A stretch of DNA of 64,000 nucleotides from positions 86,430,001 to 86,494,000 of the forward strand of contig CM052817.1 of assembly GCA_028534125.1 (NCBI GenBank), read 5' to 3'. This document shows positions 26,271-40,140 of the stretch, piece after piece (positions within the stretch are counted from its first letter, which is position 1; the number at the start of each line of letters is the position of its first letter). The notes beneath the pieces were generated by a model. It did not search any database. It saw only the letters and a program-made list of their open reading frames with translations, and had not been told where the DNA came from. A program made the translations under genes and the position numbers. The DNA is from Lama glama (Eukaryota).

Positions 26271-28939
26271 AATAGTAACCAGTAACATTTTATAATGCAC
26301 TGAGCTAGAGCTAAAATAAGATCAGTGGATATTATTTTTAATAATTAAATATATTACTCTTCTTTGTAAAATACCTTTTATAAAACCAATTTTTCCTTAT
26401 AGTTGTTACATTCGTTATTCTGTTACAAGAGGATGTCAATCTAGATAAATACGTAGCCTTTTTAAAATGTAGTGGCAAACTAAGAGTGCATTTCTTGCCC
26501 TATTGTGTTGCGAAATTCTTTCTGTCAAGTTTTATAATTCTTCAGAGAATAAAATTACTTGCTACTGATATTGTAGAACATATTTTGAAAACTCATAGTA
26601 ATGGCTGAGACAGCAGATAATAGAAGTCTTCTTCATCTAATGGTAGCCAGATCAATACCAAGTTGAGGTCAGTACAGTCAGTAATAAGAGCTGATCCAGA
26701 AAGACAGCTAGTTACCACCATAGGTAGAATTCAGACAGCTGTGTTACGATTTTAGAGATGGCTAAGCCATTTATAGTAGTTATATTCACACCTTTAAATG
26801 AGAAAAGTGAACTCCACAACCTGAGATTTAGAACATTATTTGGGGGAAATTGCAGCATTGCAACTTTTGATTTAAAAATAAAAGGAAAAACAGGAAAAGC
26901 AACTATATATATTTTAAATACATCGTTTCAACTTACCTAAAACTGTTATAGGTAAGAAGAACAAATTTATTTTCAAAGAAATACGTTTATTCTATATTTA
27001 TTCATAGAAAGCTGCTTAAAATTAATTTACTACTACATTGAAAATATTAAAGACACAATTAAACAGTTGTTTCTTTTATATTTCATGCATTCAAGTTCAG
27101 TGAATTTAAATAATGTTAACATTTTTAATAATGTAAATTATTTAATTAAGAAATAGCACAACTTACTTTTCTTTTCCGGCTTGACAGTCTTCTGGAGGTT
27201 TGGATACTTTCAGGGCACTAGTATTATTTCATCATCTTTTCCATTTGAATGATATATTTTTTTTCACATATTGTGAAGGAATACTTTTCAAGAATTATTC
27301 CTACCCTTTCCCAGCAAATTTTTATTAGATGCATAGTAATTAGATTAAAATTTATTATTCTGTATTTTATCAAGTCCAGAATGAATAGGAGGATTGCTTG
27401 GGGTTTTTGTGTATGTGAATAATTGCGTAAAGAATTATTTGGTTATGTGTTCCCGTATAAACAAATTTTGTTAACCTTAAAGAAAGCTCTCAGGTGTGGA
27501 TATTTGTTGGAGATAATGTCCTCTTAGCATCACTTGCAGTTTATTTATAAAAAAATTAAATCACCTCTTACACTGAATATTAAACAAGTCTCCAGAATAT
27601 TCTTATGTATAAATATAAGTACCTTATTTGGAAATTCACCAAAATTGTGTATTCCAGGATGTTTCCATGTTAAATTTAAATTTCAAATACAATTTTTTGA
27701 AAACACAAGTAATTGTTTTCCATGGAATTCTAATAATTTATTTAAAAAGTGCTTTTCCTGCTGCATTTGGAACTGAATGTTGTATTATCCTAAGAAAAGT
27801 CATAGCATAGGGATTTTGTAGTAGGCTAGAAAGTTAGAGGAGTTATTTGGTTATTTCTTCCTCTTTTTTGAGGGAAGATGAGCACCAACAGCAACACAGT
27901 GCTATTGAGAAGGAAAAAAAATGGTTTATGAGATATTGAGAAAGTAGAATGAATAGAACTTTTGATTAAATAGTTCAGGGAGGTTAAGAAAAGTGAGTCA
28001 GGATGACCAGTGTTTTGTTTCGTTGACCTGGGAGATGATGCTGACTTGCAGTAATCACTGGAATACAGGAGGGGACAGGTTAGTTGGGAAGAGAAGGAAG
28101 TTACATTTAGACGGGAAGTAAAATTTGCTCTTAATTAACTATGCATTGATTGCATTTGTTATAGTATTTCCAAAGAAGAGTTATTAATATGCATTATCTA
28201 TCATTTTGTGCTGAGTCCTAATCCACTCACTAAAATCAGAGAGATGAAAAACAATGGTTCTGAAACTCCCTAGCATCTTTTATCAAAAATTTAGTTTCTG
28301 CCTAAATTATCACAAGGGAAAAGACATCCTGTTTTTCATGAGAACACTAAAAAAATTATCTTAAGAATGAAATTTCAAGTAAATACGTTTCCTAACCACT
28401 GCGACACAGAATAGATGACTGATACTGATATTTTCATTATGCTAACCAAAATTCCAAAGAAGAAATAAAATGAGTCTTAAATTTAAAGTGCTTTTCCCTG
28501 AGATTTGATCTTTCTTTATAGACCTCTATTTCATCTTTATGTATTAATTTATAAATATATTTAGAATATAAATCAGAATTTTATAAAATCACATTAATTT
28601 CATTAGCTCTAAGAAGATGATCCAAATAAGAGATATAAGTGTGTGTGTGTTTGTGTATATATGTGTGTGTATGTATATATATATATGTCTCCTGCATTCC
28701 TGAGTATTTATCTTTTCCATATTTCAAATACCACCCACCTGTAGAATATTTTTCACCAATCAGAATGAAAATTTAGTCCATTATTCATAATTAGATTTAA
28801 ACAATTTTTCGTTTTGTTAGAGCATATTTTAACCAGCATGTTGTGTTTGCTGCTTTTAATGTACTAACCATGACAAATTCTACCTTGTTTCCGATATGGA
28901 CTAGTAATTGCTTATACATTAATATAAAAACTGCCACAA

Positions 28940-29555
28940 ACCATAAGAAAATATTTGCAGAAGACATATGTGATAATGGACTGCTGTCCAAAACATAAAA
29001 AGAAATCTCAACAATAGAAAATCAAACCACTCCATTTAAAAGTAGACCAAAGACTTTTAAGAGACATGTCACCAAAAAAAGATATACAGATGGCAAATAA
29101 GCATATGAAAAGATGTTCCACATCATCTGTCATCAGGGAAATGCAAATGAAAACACCAGTGAGATACTATTAGACTTCTATTAAAATGGCCAAAATCCAG
29201 AAGACTGTTAACACCGAATGCTGGCAAGAATGTGGAGTAACAAGAGCTCTCATTCACTGCTGGTGGGAAGGCATAATGGCACAGCCACCAAGCCAGCTTG
29301 GTCATTCCTTATACAACTAAACATACTCTTACAATCCAGCACTTGCACTCTTTGGTACTTTCCCGAAGGAGCTGAAAACTATGTCTACAAAAAAATCCTT
29401 CACAAAGACAAGTGTCCCACTCTGATGGGAAATATTCATAATGAAGAGGCTGTGCATGCATGGGTACACTGGCATTTGGGAAATCTCTGTAGGTTTCTCT
29501 CAATTTTGCTGTGAACCTAAAACTGCTCTAAATACTAAACTACTAAAGAAAAAGA
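28940..29555 (+). mobile_element. L1 3' fragment (L1MC-like), internally deleted
   Basis: gatatacagatggcaaataagcatatgaaaagatgttc...ttttgctgtgaacctaaaactgctctaaa. Confidence 0.85.
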
Positions 29556-29972
29556 ACCTTTTTATCTACAGAAGAGTAGAATGAAGTTGAACAGCAGAGT
29601 TTTAAAAAAAGATGTGGATTATGAACTTATAATTTATTCCCTTTAGGACACCTGAAAGATATTAATAGCAAACAAATAAAGATTACGAAAGAATACTGTC
29701 CCATATACATATATACTCATCTTTAAAGCATTTATTGTTTGAATACAATCCCTTTGTATAATTTATCATAGTACATTTATTAAATACATATTTTAGTTTT
29801 CATTCAATTTAGACATACATACATTTTCAAATTTTTGCCTTCAGATTGTTGTAAGTATAATATCACACATACATTTTTTCATTCCCCTACTTTTTCTTAG
29901 AAAAGCTTTGAATAAATAAAACATTGTCTGCATACTTTTAAATTGTCTGCACTTTTAAAATTCATAATTGAT

Positions 29973-30361
29973 GTTTTTATTGAAGTATAGTTGATTTACA
30001 ATATTGTGTTAATTTTTGGTGTATAGCATAGTGATTCATTTATAGATTTATATAGTCCTTTTCATATTCTTTTTCATTATAGGCTATTACAAGGTATTGA
30101 ATATAGTTCCCTGTGCTATACAGTGGGATCTTGTTGTTTATCTATTTTACCATTAATTGGTTTTCTATGTGAGTCTGTCTCTGTTTTGTAAATAGGCTTA
30201 TTTATGTCCTTTTTTCTTTAGATTCCACATATAAATAATATATGATATTTTCTTTCTCTTTCTAGCTTATTTCATTTAATATGACAATCTCCAGGTCCAT
30301 CCATGTTATTGCAGATGGTATTATTTCATTCTTTTTTATGGCTAAGTAGTATTCCATTATA

Positions 30362-30399
<38 letters not shown>

Positions 30400-30404
30400 C
30401 ATTT

Positions 30405-30446
<42 letters not shown>

Positions 30447-30560
30447 CCACAGCTTCTTTATCCAGTCATCTGTTGATGGACATTTAGGTTGCTTCCATGT
30501 CTTGGATATTGTATATAGTGCTGCTATGAACATTTGAGTGCATGTATCTTTTTGAATTAG
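29973..30560 (-). mobile_element. Artiodactyl-type L1 3' end containing (TAT)n and (TG)n
   Basis: tttttattgaagtatagttgatttacaatattgtg...gatggacatttaggttgcttccatgtcttgg. Confidence 0.9.
30362..30443. repeat. (TAT)n followed by (TG)n microsatellites
   Basis: Directly visible, inside an L1 3' end. Confidence 0.95.
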
Positions 30561-30988
30561 ATTTTATTTTAGTATAGTTGATGTACAATATTATATGTTA
30601 CAGGTGTACAATATAATGATTCACAATTTTTAAAGGTTATACTTCATTTATATTTATTATAAAATATTGACTATATTCCTTGTGTTTTATAATACATCCT
30701 TGTAGCTTATTTTATACCTAATAGTTTGTACCTCTTAATCCTCTATCCCAGTATTGCTACTCCTCCCTTCCCCTCTCCACTGGTATTCACTAGTTTTTCT
30801 CTGTCTCTTATGAATCTGCTTCTTTTTTGTTATATTCACTAGTTTTTTGTATTTTTTAGTTTCCACATATTGGTGATATTCAGTATTTGTCTTTGTGACT
30901 TATTTCACTAAATGTAATACCCTCCAAGACCATCCATGTTGTTACAAATGGCAAAATTTCATTGTTTTTCGTGGTTGAGTAGTATTCC

Positions 30989-31021
<33 letters not shown>

Positions 31022-31122
31022 CATCTTTAGCCATTCATCTGTTAATGGACACTTAGGTTGCTTCCATAACTTGGCTGTTGTAAATAATGCTGTTGTGAAC
31101 ATTGGGGTGCAAATATTTTTAT
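30561..31122 (-). mobile_element. Second L1 3' end, same orientation as and abutting the previous one
   Basis: agtatagttgatgtacaatattatatgttacaggtgtacaa...ggacacttaggttgcttccataacttggc. Confidence 0.85.
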
Positions 31123-31728
31123 AACCTGCCTGCACTCATCAAGGTCAAACTCCCTTTGATTATCTTGGAAATTACATAGCTCCCAAGCTTCTTATAGCTT
31201 AACCTGTGTATCACAAGACACCTTTAATCACCCCCTATAGATATATAACACCTCTGAGGCTTAGTTCACCATAGTATTGGTTGCCTACGTTGTTTTCAGG
31301 AACTTAGAGCTAGTTCTTGCCCAGCTCAAACTGGTCGAGACCACCAACCATTCAGCTGGGCCTGCTTGAATGCCAGATGAATGGGTGGATGAATAATCTT
31401 TTGACATCAGGGGGCCAAAAACTCCTACTAACACTGCCATTTTCTGAACATGAGTCCCATGAAGAAACATGTAATTCAGATATACCTGAGCAGAGCAGTG
31501 ATTACCTAGCCTTTTGCCTGCCTCCAATCACCTTCCCTTGCCCCTCTGACCACCCTATACCCACCCGTAAATACTCCAAGCTCTTCACCTTTGGGAAGGT
31601 GGATTTGAAACTTGTTCTCCTGTCTCCTCACTGGGCTGCCTCATGAACAAATCCTTCTCTGCTGCAAATCTTGGCATCTCAGTGTTCGGCTTGTTGCGAA
31701 TCAGCCAGACAAACCTGATTCAGTAGTA
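31123..31728 (+). mobile_element. ERV1 LTR (MER39/MER34-like), probably 5'-truncated
   Basis: ttcaggaacttagagctagttcttgcccagctcaaactggtcgagaccacc; ttttgacatcagggggccaaaaactcc; ggatttgaaacttgttctcctgtctcctcac. Confidence 0.8.
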
Positions 31729-32819
31729 TTAGTAGCTGATTATCATTTAAAATAATTATCTCTATTTCTTCTTGAGACAATTTCCTAGGAAGTTCTGGGG
31801 CAATTGAAGGTGAGTCATACTCTGTATCCTTCTCTCCAAAATTCTTCAGGGACCTAGGAGCTACTGTATCTTAAGGACTCAGGAGAAAGTCAGGGGAGCT
31901 GGGCAAGTGGCAACAAATCTAGCCACTTCTCTTTTGCCACTTCTGGCATTTCTTCAAAGCTGTTCTATGCATCACTTCTCCAAAGCAAACTGTTCATCCC
32001 AAGCTCATTGACAGAGCAGATTCAGACAAAGGAGGAAGAGTAGAGCCTGCCTGCAGGTCCCTTTGGAGAAGTTAGCTCCCTTCCCACTCCTCCAGGCACA
32101 GGAGCCAAGGTGTCCTCTTGGAGATTTGACACATCTCTTTTCTCCCTCTTCTTGTAGTGAGATAGGAGTGTCATGCCCACCTTCATTTACACTATTTTTC
32201 TCCTTCTCAGTTGCCAAACAGAGATCCCTGAAGGCAGGGCTGTGTTCACTCCAGACATTTATTGTTCAATCCTAATTTTAAGATATATTAAGATCTTGAA
32301 TCCAACACAGTAAGTTCAAGCTCAGAAAGAGGCTCGAATGCTAGCCCTGCCTAGGAATGCCTCCGACCCTGGACTGGGAAGGAGCTGGATGGGGGAAGAA
32401 CTAAACATCCATTAGGGCAGCAGAGCTGACACCCAGCAGACAGCCAGGATTGGTTCCTCTGTAAATCCCTCCCATCAACAGGAGTATTTACGTTCCCCTC
32501 TCCCATCTCCCAAGCATGGGCCCGAGCACTGGAAGATCCAGTGGGCACTGCAGAGAACTTCCATTTTCCCTCTTCTGCATTGAAAGGAATTCATATTAGA
32601 AAATAAGATATTTCGACTTCTCCTAAATGTGCAGAGAAACAAGTGTCATGATACAGAGAACTGCCTCCCTCTTGTTTGCTTTTGGAGCCTTTCTTCAGAC
32701 ACCTAAAGATCCTCTGGAGATGAGCACGATGGAAAAAGGGGTGGGAGTATGTAAGAGACTTGCTTCATGCGTTTTTGGTTGTTTAGAAGTTTAAAGAGCC
32801 TGAGGTTTACCTACTTTCA

Positions 32820-33215
32820 GGTGAACACATTAACTTGCAAAACTTTAATAGATACTTGCAAAACACAGGAAACCCTTAGGTTGGAGACAAAGTAACGTAT
32901 TACTCACAGCACTGCAGGCAGCCTTGGCTTATGTTCATGTAGGTTTCCACTGGCCCTCACCAGGGCAGTGCAGAGCAGATCCAGGGGGATGTGTTTGTGT
33001 CATATCTGAGAACCCCTGAGTTTAGAAAAACCCCATGCTTTATAAGAAGTCTTCTGGCAAATAGGCCTGGCATTTGCCTGAGGGAGACACTACTATCCTG
33101 GTCAGGAAACATATCTCTCCTTCTCCCAAAGGAGACACCCATTCTATCTTTCAAGACTCTTTGTGGCATAAACATTCTTAAGATAATAGTTGTGGACAAA
33201 AACTATCACAAGCTG
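32820..33215 (-). mobile_element. ERVL-type LTR (MER73/MER74-like)
   Basis: tattactcacagca, gagaacccctgagtttagaaaaacccc and ctatctttcaagac..aaacattcttaagataatag resemble recalled MER74-group LTRs. Confidence 0.5.
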
Positions 33216-36200
33216 AGTAGGAACACCAGAAAACCACTACCCCCTAACACACAACATCAGGTGTTCTGTTTGGCAAATAACTGTCCCTCCATTTGTATTT
33301 GTTTTTGTTTTGTTTTGTTTTGTGCAGGAATTTATCCAGATTTTGTACCTCCACTAGGGATAATTTGTGTCGTTGCATCTTTTTAAGCTGCAGTTAAAGC
33401 CCAGTACCTTTATCTGAACATAGAAACATGGAAATTAAGTGGCAAAGGAGTGCCTCACAAATATTACATTTGAAAAAGGAAGGTGAGGGTATATTTCTGA
33501 GTTTATGTATCATTTAGCAAACTTGGGAGAAGTTAATAGAGGATCTTCCTACTTTCAATTGCTCTTTCACTAAGTAAACTCAGTACGTTTATTTTAATCA
33601 AGTACTTCTGCCTTTCATGTAATGATAATATCAAATAGACACTGACCTTTTGTTTCCGGTTAATCTTACTTTTCAGTGTTATGACACTTTATAGTTTTTT
33701 AATAAGTATTTTAATAGGAGATTGAGAAGATGCAATGACACCTGCTAGCCAAGTAGCATTTTGAATTGGAATGCTGTCTTTTACATTCCTTCCTCTTTGG
33801 AGAATATGGAGATGAAAATCACATATGCCTGGTCAAGGAACACAACTGATTCCTTAACTAATATCTGTCTCATATCGTCTCTGTTTACATCCTTTCATGC
33901 CTTCAGTTTTTTTCTCTTTCTATATTTTGTCTTATTTTTCCACCTTCAACACATTTGTGGACATCCAGCCTACTAATCCACTGTTGGAAATCTAATTTTT
34001 TTCTGATTTGGGGGTCCGTTAAGTTTCCTGGATGAAATCGGGAGTGATTTTATTTAAGGCTTATAGTTTTCATTTCAGAATTGTATATTTATTTCAAACT
34101 CTAGGTCCAAGTGGCATGTATAGATCTTCTAACATCTCTCGGCATGACTTTCACTCCCTTGGCCCCGGTGATCTTTAGTGTTTTAAATAGCTTGCTATTA
34201 CTTTCAGTTGTTTTCTGCTAAGGTAACCATGCTACTTCGAACACTTTGTTTATAACTCCCTTTGTGACTTTTTTTTCAACCTGTTCCTAATGAATTTATA
34301 AGATTTGAGTTCCATGTCACTAACACTTTTCTACACTCTACTACCTTTGTTGTAGTACATTAAACAGCTTCTAGAAGACCCCACAGAAAACTGAAATTCA
34401 TCAAACGTCAGTCATGCTTTTTGATAGAGCCACTGTAAATGTGGTGTGGGTCACGTAATACAAAAACTCTTAATTTAAGGAAAATTTAATTGTTAACTGT
34501 TATAGCAAGAGACAGTTCCAAAGGTCCTACACATTCTTACTGGTATCCTGGGAATAGATGCAATGGACTGGTCACTCTTTATATGGGCTATTTCTCAGGG
34601 AAGTACTTGCAGTCTTGATGTAATACCACCCCTCCAGACAAAGAACAGGTTTACAACAAGAGAGGTAGGTGACGTCAGCTCAGTGTTTCTCTCCTGCAGC
34701 GAAACCCTGTGTGCAGTCCTCCACTTCAGCCCACCCGTGTTGCCTCTTAGGGGTTGGGGAGCATGAGGAAAGAGCACTAATAAGAAACTCTTGCTACAAC
34801 TTCTGTCTTGAGTAGTAAAGGTATTTGTCTTTGATCTAGGTGTGTTGTGTGTTATGTCAGCATCCATGAACATTAACCGACTGATTGTTTAGCTTGTAAT
34901 TATGGTAAAATCTTAGATCTCTTACAGTTCTGTGTAATAATGGATAAGATCTGTTATCAGAAATAATTGAGAGCTAACTGTTGGAAGTTTGCATAAATAT
35001 TTATAGCTAATTCAGTTTTATTTAATGAGGAATGTATTTATTGAAACCAAGAAATAATCTTTATTAGTTGTTACTAATCTAGAATCAGAGCAGGAAAACT
35101 TTAACAGACTGTTATAGTTATCTTTATAAATTACTGAAAGTAGTAAAAATATAATCGTACAAAAAGTTCAGTTTCAATAATTATGTCAATATGTGTTACC
35201 AATTGCAAAAGTGGCCTCAGTTTCTTTTTTAAATATTAAAAAATAATTAGTAAAGCAAATGTCTGAATTCAGAATTATGTAAGGCTTGTGCAGATGGTGA
35301 CATTCATGAATTGAAATGATAATCAACACTTTGGGTGAAAATGGTTATTTTTATTGTTCTAATCTGTAAAATCATTATACTTCTACATGATAGTGACTTT
35401 TTCAGTGTTCATAATCATTTTTCCCTAGACAATAGTACTAAAATATTAAGTAAATGAATTTTTTCTGTAAGTTTTTTGAATATCAGTGGATAAAGAAATA
35501 GGAGATTCAAGTTTTAAAACCTCTAGAGCTAATCAGAGATTCCATAAGAGGCGAACTAATTTTACAGTGATTTTTTTTTAAGATAAAATTGTGCTCTGAA
35601 ATGGCATCTGATTTTTAAATTTTGAATAATTATTCATTTTAAAAATTGATAAATTGCATGCAAAAGGTAAGAGTCATCAGTCAGTTTATTAAGGTGTGAA
35701 ATAAAAATGAACGTAACCCCACAGCTTTTTAACCTCACTAATACTTCTCCCCACAAATATATTGTTTAAAGTTTTTTCTTGCTTATCCTTCCAGGAAAAT
35801 ATTTTTAGCTACTTACATTATTTTTATAATGTAATTTCCATGCCTGCACTAAATTTGTATAACCTCATTATTTTTAACATTTCCAGAGTAATTTGTTGCA
35901 TGAGTGTAACAAAATTTAATAACTGGTTCTCTGTTAATTCATATTTGTAGGTTTGCAGCCTCCACCTCTTACATATATACTGATGCACTTTTTCAAATTT
36001 ACTGATAGCTTACTTTTTAGCAGTGAAATTGTTGGGTAGAGACTGTATTTTTTCCCTAAAAATATGAACAATTTGTGTTCTGATTCATAGTGGGAGTTCC
36101 TGTTTTAGCACAGAATGTCATAGAGAATTCATGTTTAAATATTTCTATGCATTTCCTGTTTCTTAGATTATTATCACTTATTTAGCCTGTTGATAAATCT

Positions 36201-36834
36201 ATTAATACACTGAGAAGACTAGCAAATATAGAAGATTTTTAACTTACATACCATTGACTAACTGGTGTTGGAAAACTAAAGCAACATGAATATTTTGTGG
36301 AATCTGTGTGATTGACTTCTTTTTATCTGGTGTATCTCATAGGAATTAAAAATATAAACTGTTTAGTGTGCTCCTGTAAAAGATGACATTGTGGATGAAA
36401 CCCTAGGTTAGAATATATGGGAATTCAATCCAAAATGTTGCAAATACATTAACATCATTGTATGTATATGATTATTTTGCAATACAGCATTCTGAGTTTG
36501 CTAACTCACGTGTCCGTTTGATTTTTAGTGGTAGCTACTTATCCTATCTTTATTTTCAGTCAAATAACTTAAATATTTAGAGTCAACATGTTATATCCCT
36601 GAAATATGGAATTTCATAAAAAAAGTATTTCACCTACATTAAAGAATAAATTTTAAGTGTATGCCTTCTACTGTTACAAAGCTATCTTTGCCTGTATTTT
36701 TCTGTTCCTTTTGATGTATCACATTGTCATTATTATATTCTTACTACTTACTCTGAATGGAAACAGTCTCTTCTTTTAATTCTATTTAAATATACCAACA
36801 TAAAGGCATCTTAAAATCACCCACACTGCAGCGT

Positions 36835-36930
36835 TATAAACTACTATATATAACACAGAATCAATACGCTCATACTGTATAACACAAGGAAATACATTTA
36901 CTATCTTGTAATAACCTATAATGATGGAGA

Positions 36931-36971
<41 letters not shown>

Positions 36972-37045
36972 AATGTATAGCTGAATCTGTACACCAGAAA
37001 CAAACACAACATTGTAAATCAACAATACTTCAATTAAGAAAAAGA
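36835..37045 (+). mobile_element. Short L1 3' end with (TG)n
   Basis: tataaactactatatataa...actgtataacacaaggaaatac...acacaacattgtaaatcaacaatacttcaatt plus A-rich tail. Confidence 0.85.
36934..36968. repeat. (TG)n microsatellite
   Basis: Directly visible. Confidence 0.95.
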
Positions 37046-39904
37046 ATGGAAAATCAACTACACTGGCCCTGGGTAATACATAATATTTCATCCCGATCGT
37101 ATAACATCAGAAGTTCTACAATCATTTTATGGCTTCAAAAGATAAAAAAGTACTTGCTTTTAGACCACTACTCTGATTTTTATAAAATCCAAGCATTTGT
37201 AATATTATAACAAGAATTTTAACCATCAAACTAGCATCCTAAATATTTAAATATGCACATGGACTTTATTTGAAATTCTCTTTAAACACAGGGTGACAGA
37301 AGGGCTGGGGTAGCAGAGAGTCAGACACAGACTTTCCTGACGGGTGCCAGACTGCGCGTGTGCTGCCGCAGACGGGGCCTGCTGAGCAGCTCTTCTGCCT
37401 TACACACGCGCTGCAGCCAGACTTCTAGATAGCATGCCGTGAGCTCCGTGGATGCTTTTACACGTCTGAACACTGTTTCTCTGTGGCTGAACAAGTAATT
37501 TTAAAGGAATATTTTTGTTAAATCCCCATACCATGAAACATTAAATCAGTGTTTGAAACAAGCTGCACTTACTTCAATGTATGTATACTAAAGTATTTAA
37601 ATCTGCTTTAAAATTCCCAAGTGATAAGCAAGTAAAAAATTATGTACAAAAGACATGGTTATATGAGATGAGATGGTGAAAATTATGTGAGGCAGAAATG
37701 AGTATCTTTGAAACATACTTACCAATGAATATTAAATGGATGGACTGTTTTGTTTGGGGATGTGTGTATGTGCATGTGTGAGTGTGCACACAGAGGCATA
37801 TCCATATACATTTATAAGAAGTTTTAAAAAAAATTTATAAATTTTAATTGCTGTCTTTAGCTAACCTTGTCTTATTCATCATTAGTTTTCTACTGGTTGC
37901 CCACAACAACAGGCAGAAATGACTCAGAGAATTATAAACACTAAAAAGTCTTGTTATAAACATAAATTCCTATAATGAGCAACTGAATCCAGAAATGAAA
38001 TATAAGTGATATTGCTTTTAGGACTACAAACTAGGCAGCTTCTAGTTACGCTTTCACAGTAAACATTTTTTTTTAACTTTTAAAAAACAGGATCCACAGA
38101 GCTATCAGATTTGAAGTACAGTGTTCCAGTACTCTGAGCCTCTCTGCATAGGCCTGCAAGCATTCATTTGGTTCATCACACAAATCTAATCATTTTTGAA
38201 GTTCAGCTGTACAGTATGGTGAACATAAACTTGAACAACTTTCTAAGAAGTCAAAAGCTATTTATGAATAATAAATTTAAAAACTAGAACATTGGAGATT
38301 TGCTATAACAATAACATTTAACAAATATTTTTAAAAAAACGACTAAGCATTCTCAACCAAGTTCATCATCTTAGAGATTTTACAGTAAACGCAAATATTA
38401 TAAAAGTAAACAAAGGAACAAGCAAAAAACCAAATGTTAAAAGTAGCAGTTTCCGTCCATCTTAGTCATCTTCATAATTGAACTTTGTATTTCATTAAAT
38501 TTCAGTTAGGTTTGTAATTATAAGTAAGATTGCTTTCATCAAAAGTGGAGAGCACATATATTAACAGAAGCATAGGGTAAGTGAAACACTGATGGAATCC
38601 TGTAAAGGTGGTAATAAAGATAGAAGGACACTAGTTTCAATTCAAAAGAAATAATGTGTATAATAATGTCTTGATGCTAGGCACAAAAACTTTGTATGTA
38701 GAGTCAGAACTGCATTGTCTTTCAGAAAAGTTTTTTAAAGAATATAAAGCAAAGGAAGATAATATATTAGGAATATATTTTTAATTGAGTGAGGAGAATT
38801 TGATCTAAGAGGTTGAAAAAAACAAAATTTAAGTTTAATGAATAAAAACCCAGAGTATTAAAGGGAAATAGATTTTAAAAAACACAATATATATGTGTTT
38901 ATAATTATGTCATTTTTGTTTTATATTTGAGAAGGAAACTATTATGATGGTCTGTTCAAGGTTGAGGGGGGCCAGGATCACCGATAAGGGACTTTCAGGA
39001 GGAAAAGAAGAGCATATTAAATAGAAGTAAAAATAAGATGTGTAATCTCTGTACCAGAAAATAGTTTTAATTAATTAGATATGAGAAGGCTTGGCATTTG
39101 TGTTAATACCAGCAAGAAATTACTTTCCTTACATATTTTAAATACTAAAACTAATATTGGAGATTTGCTCTAACAGTAAAAACAGCAATAATAATTACAA
39201 CAATAACAACAATTTTTAAAAGGTTTTATTTATTGAATATTTTCAGTATTCCAAACACTTAACTTTCCTGTCTTTTGTTTCATAAAACAAAACTTAAACA
39301 TCTAAGATTGCCCTAAGAGTAATGGAAAGTGACGTACTCAGAGGTGTGGGACAGGAAGGTGGAGACTGAGTTTTCAATATACTGTGTTGGAAAAATGAGC
39401 CTGGCTGATCTAAAGCAGATTAAAAAATATATATGCTCGTCCTCCATATTTTGGATCCAAGTGAGGACACCAAAATAACATGTTTTATACAAAAACCTGC
39501 TGTTGAATTTACACTTCCACACTCTCAAGTCTGACTTGCTCAAAGCTGCAGTTGGGATTCTAGTATCTCTGTAGGTGGACCATATAATTAATTATGCTAA
39601 CTTCTCTGACTCATTCCTCTTTCTTAACCTGCTTTTAATTTAACCAGGCTCATTTTTCACACAAGTGGAAGCCTTCTCATATCTAATTAATTAAAACTAT
39701 TTTCTGTTATATAGATTATACATCTTATTTTTGCTTTTATTTAATCTATTACTTCTCTTAGTAACAAGAAACACTGTTATCAGCTATTACCTTTGTTCCA
39801 AGAGTTTTCAGTGCAGTCTGTGGTTGCAGTACAGCTGACAGTCTTTGCTGCTTGAGACATTCATTATCATCTCGGCTATACTTGAGAGACAGAAGCAGAT
39901 AAAC

Positions 39905-40140
39905 TCTTTTAAAAAAAATTTACTGAATTGTAGTTGATTTACAATGTTAGTTTCAGATGTACAGCAAAGTGATTCAGTTATATATACATACATATATATT
40001 TTCAGATCATTTTCTATCATATATGTAATTACAAGAAATTGAATATAGTTCCTTGTGCTATACAGTAGGTCCTTGTTGTTTATCTATTTTATATGTAGTA
40101 ATGTGTCTGTTAATCTCCAACCCCTAATTTATCCCCTCTC
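39905..40140 (-). mobile_element. Short L1 3' end
   Basis: gtagttgatttacaatgttagtttcagatgtacagcaaagtgattcag...tgtgctatacagtaggtccttgttg. Confidence 0.85.

Noticed and set aside
31760..32750. GC-richer block that might be a promoter or exon
   Set aside because: CpG-poor with no coherent ORF; more likely an ancient LTR remnant that I cannot name.
32991..33386. 131-aa ORF
   Set aside because: It overlaps an LTR remnant and a (TTTTG)n tract; non-ATG start and no protein similarity recognised.
34105..34221. Possible exon bounded by ctctag and AAG|gtaacc
   Set aside because: The frames I read contain stop codons and nothing else supports a transcript.
37340..37465. H/ACA snoRNA reading of the two hairpins followed by ACA
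   Set aside because: No ANANNA H box in the hinge, and the second hairpin is too short.
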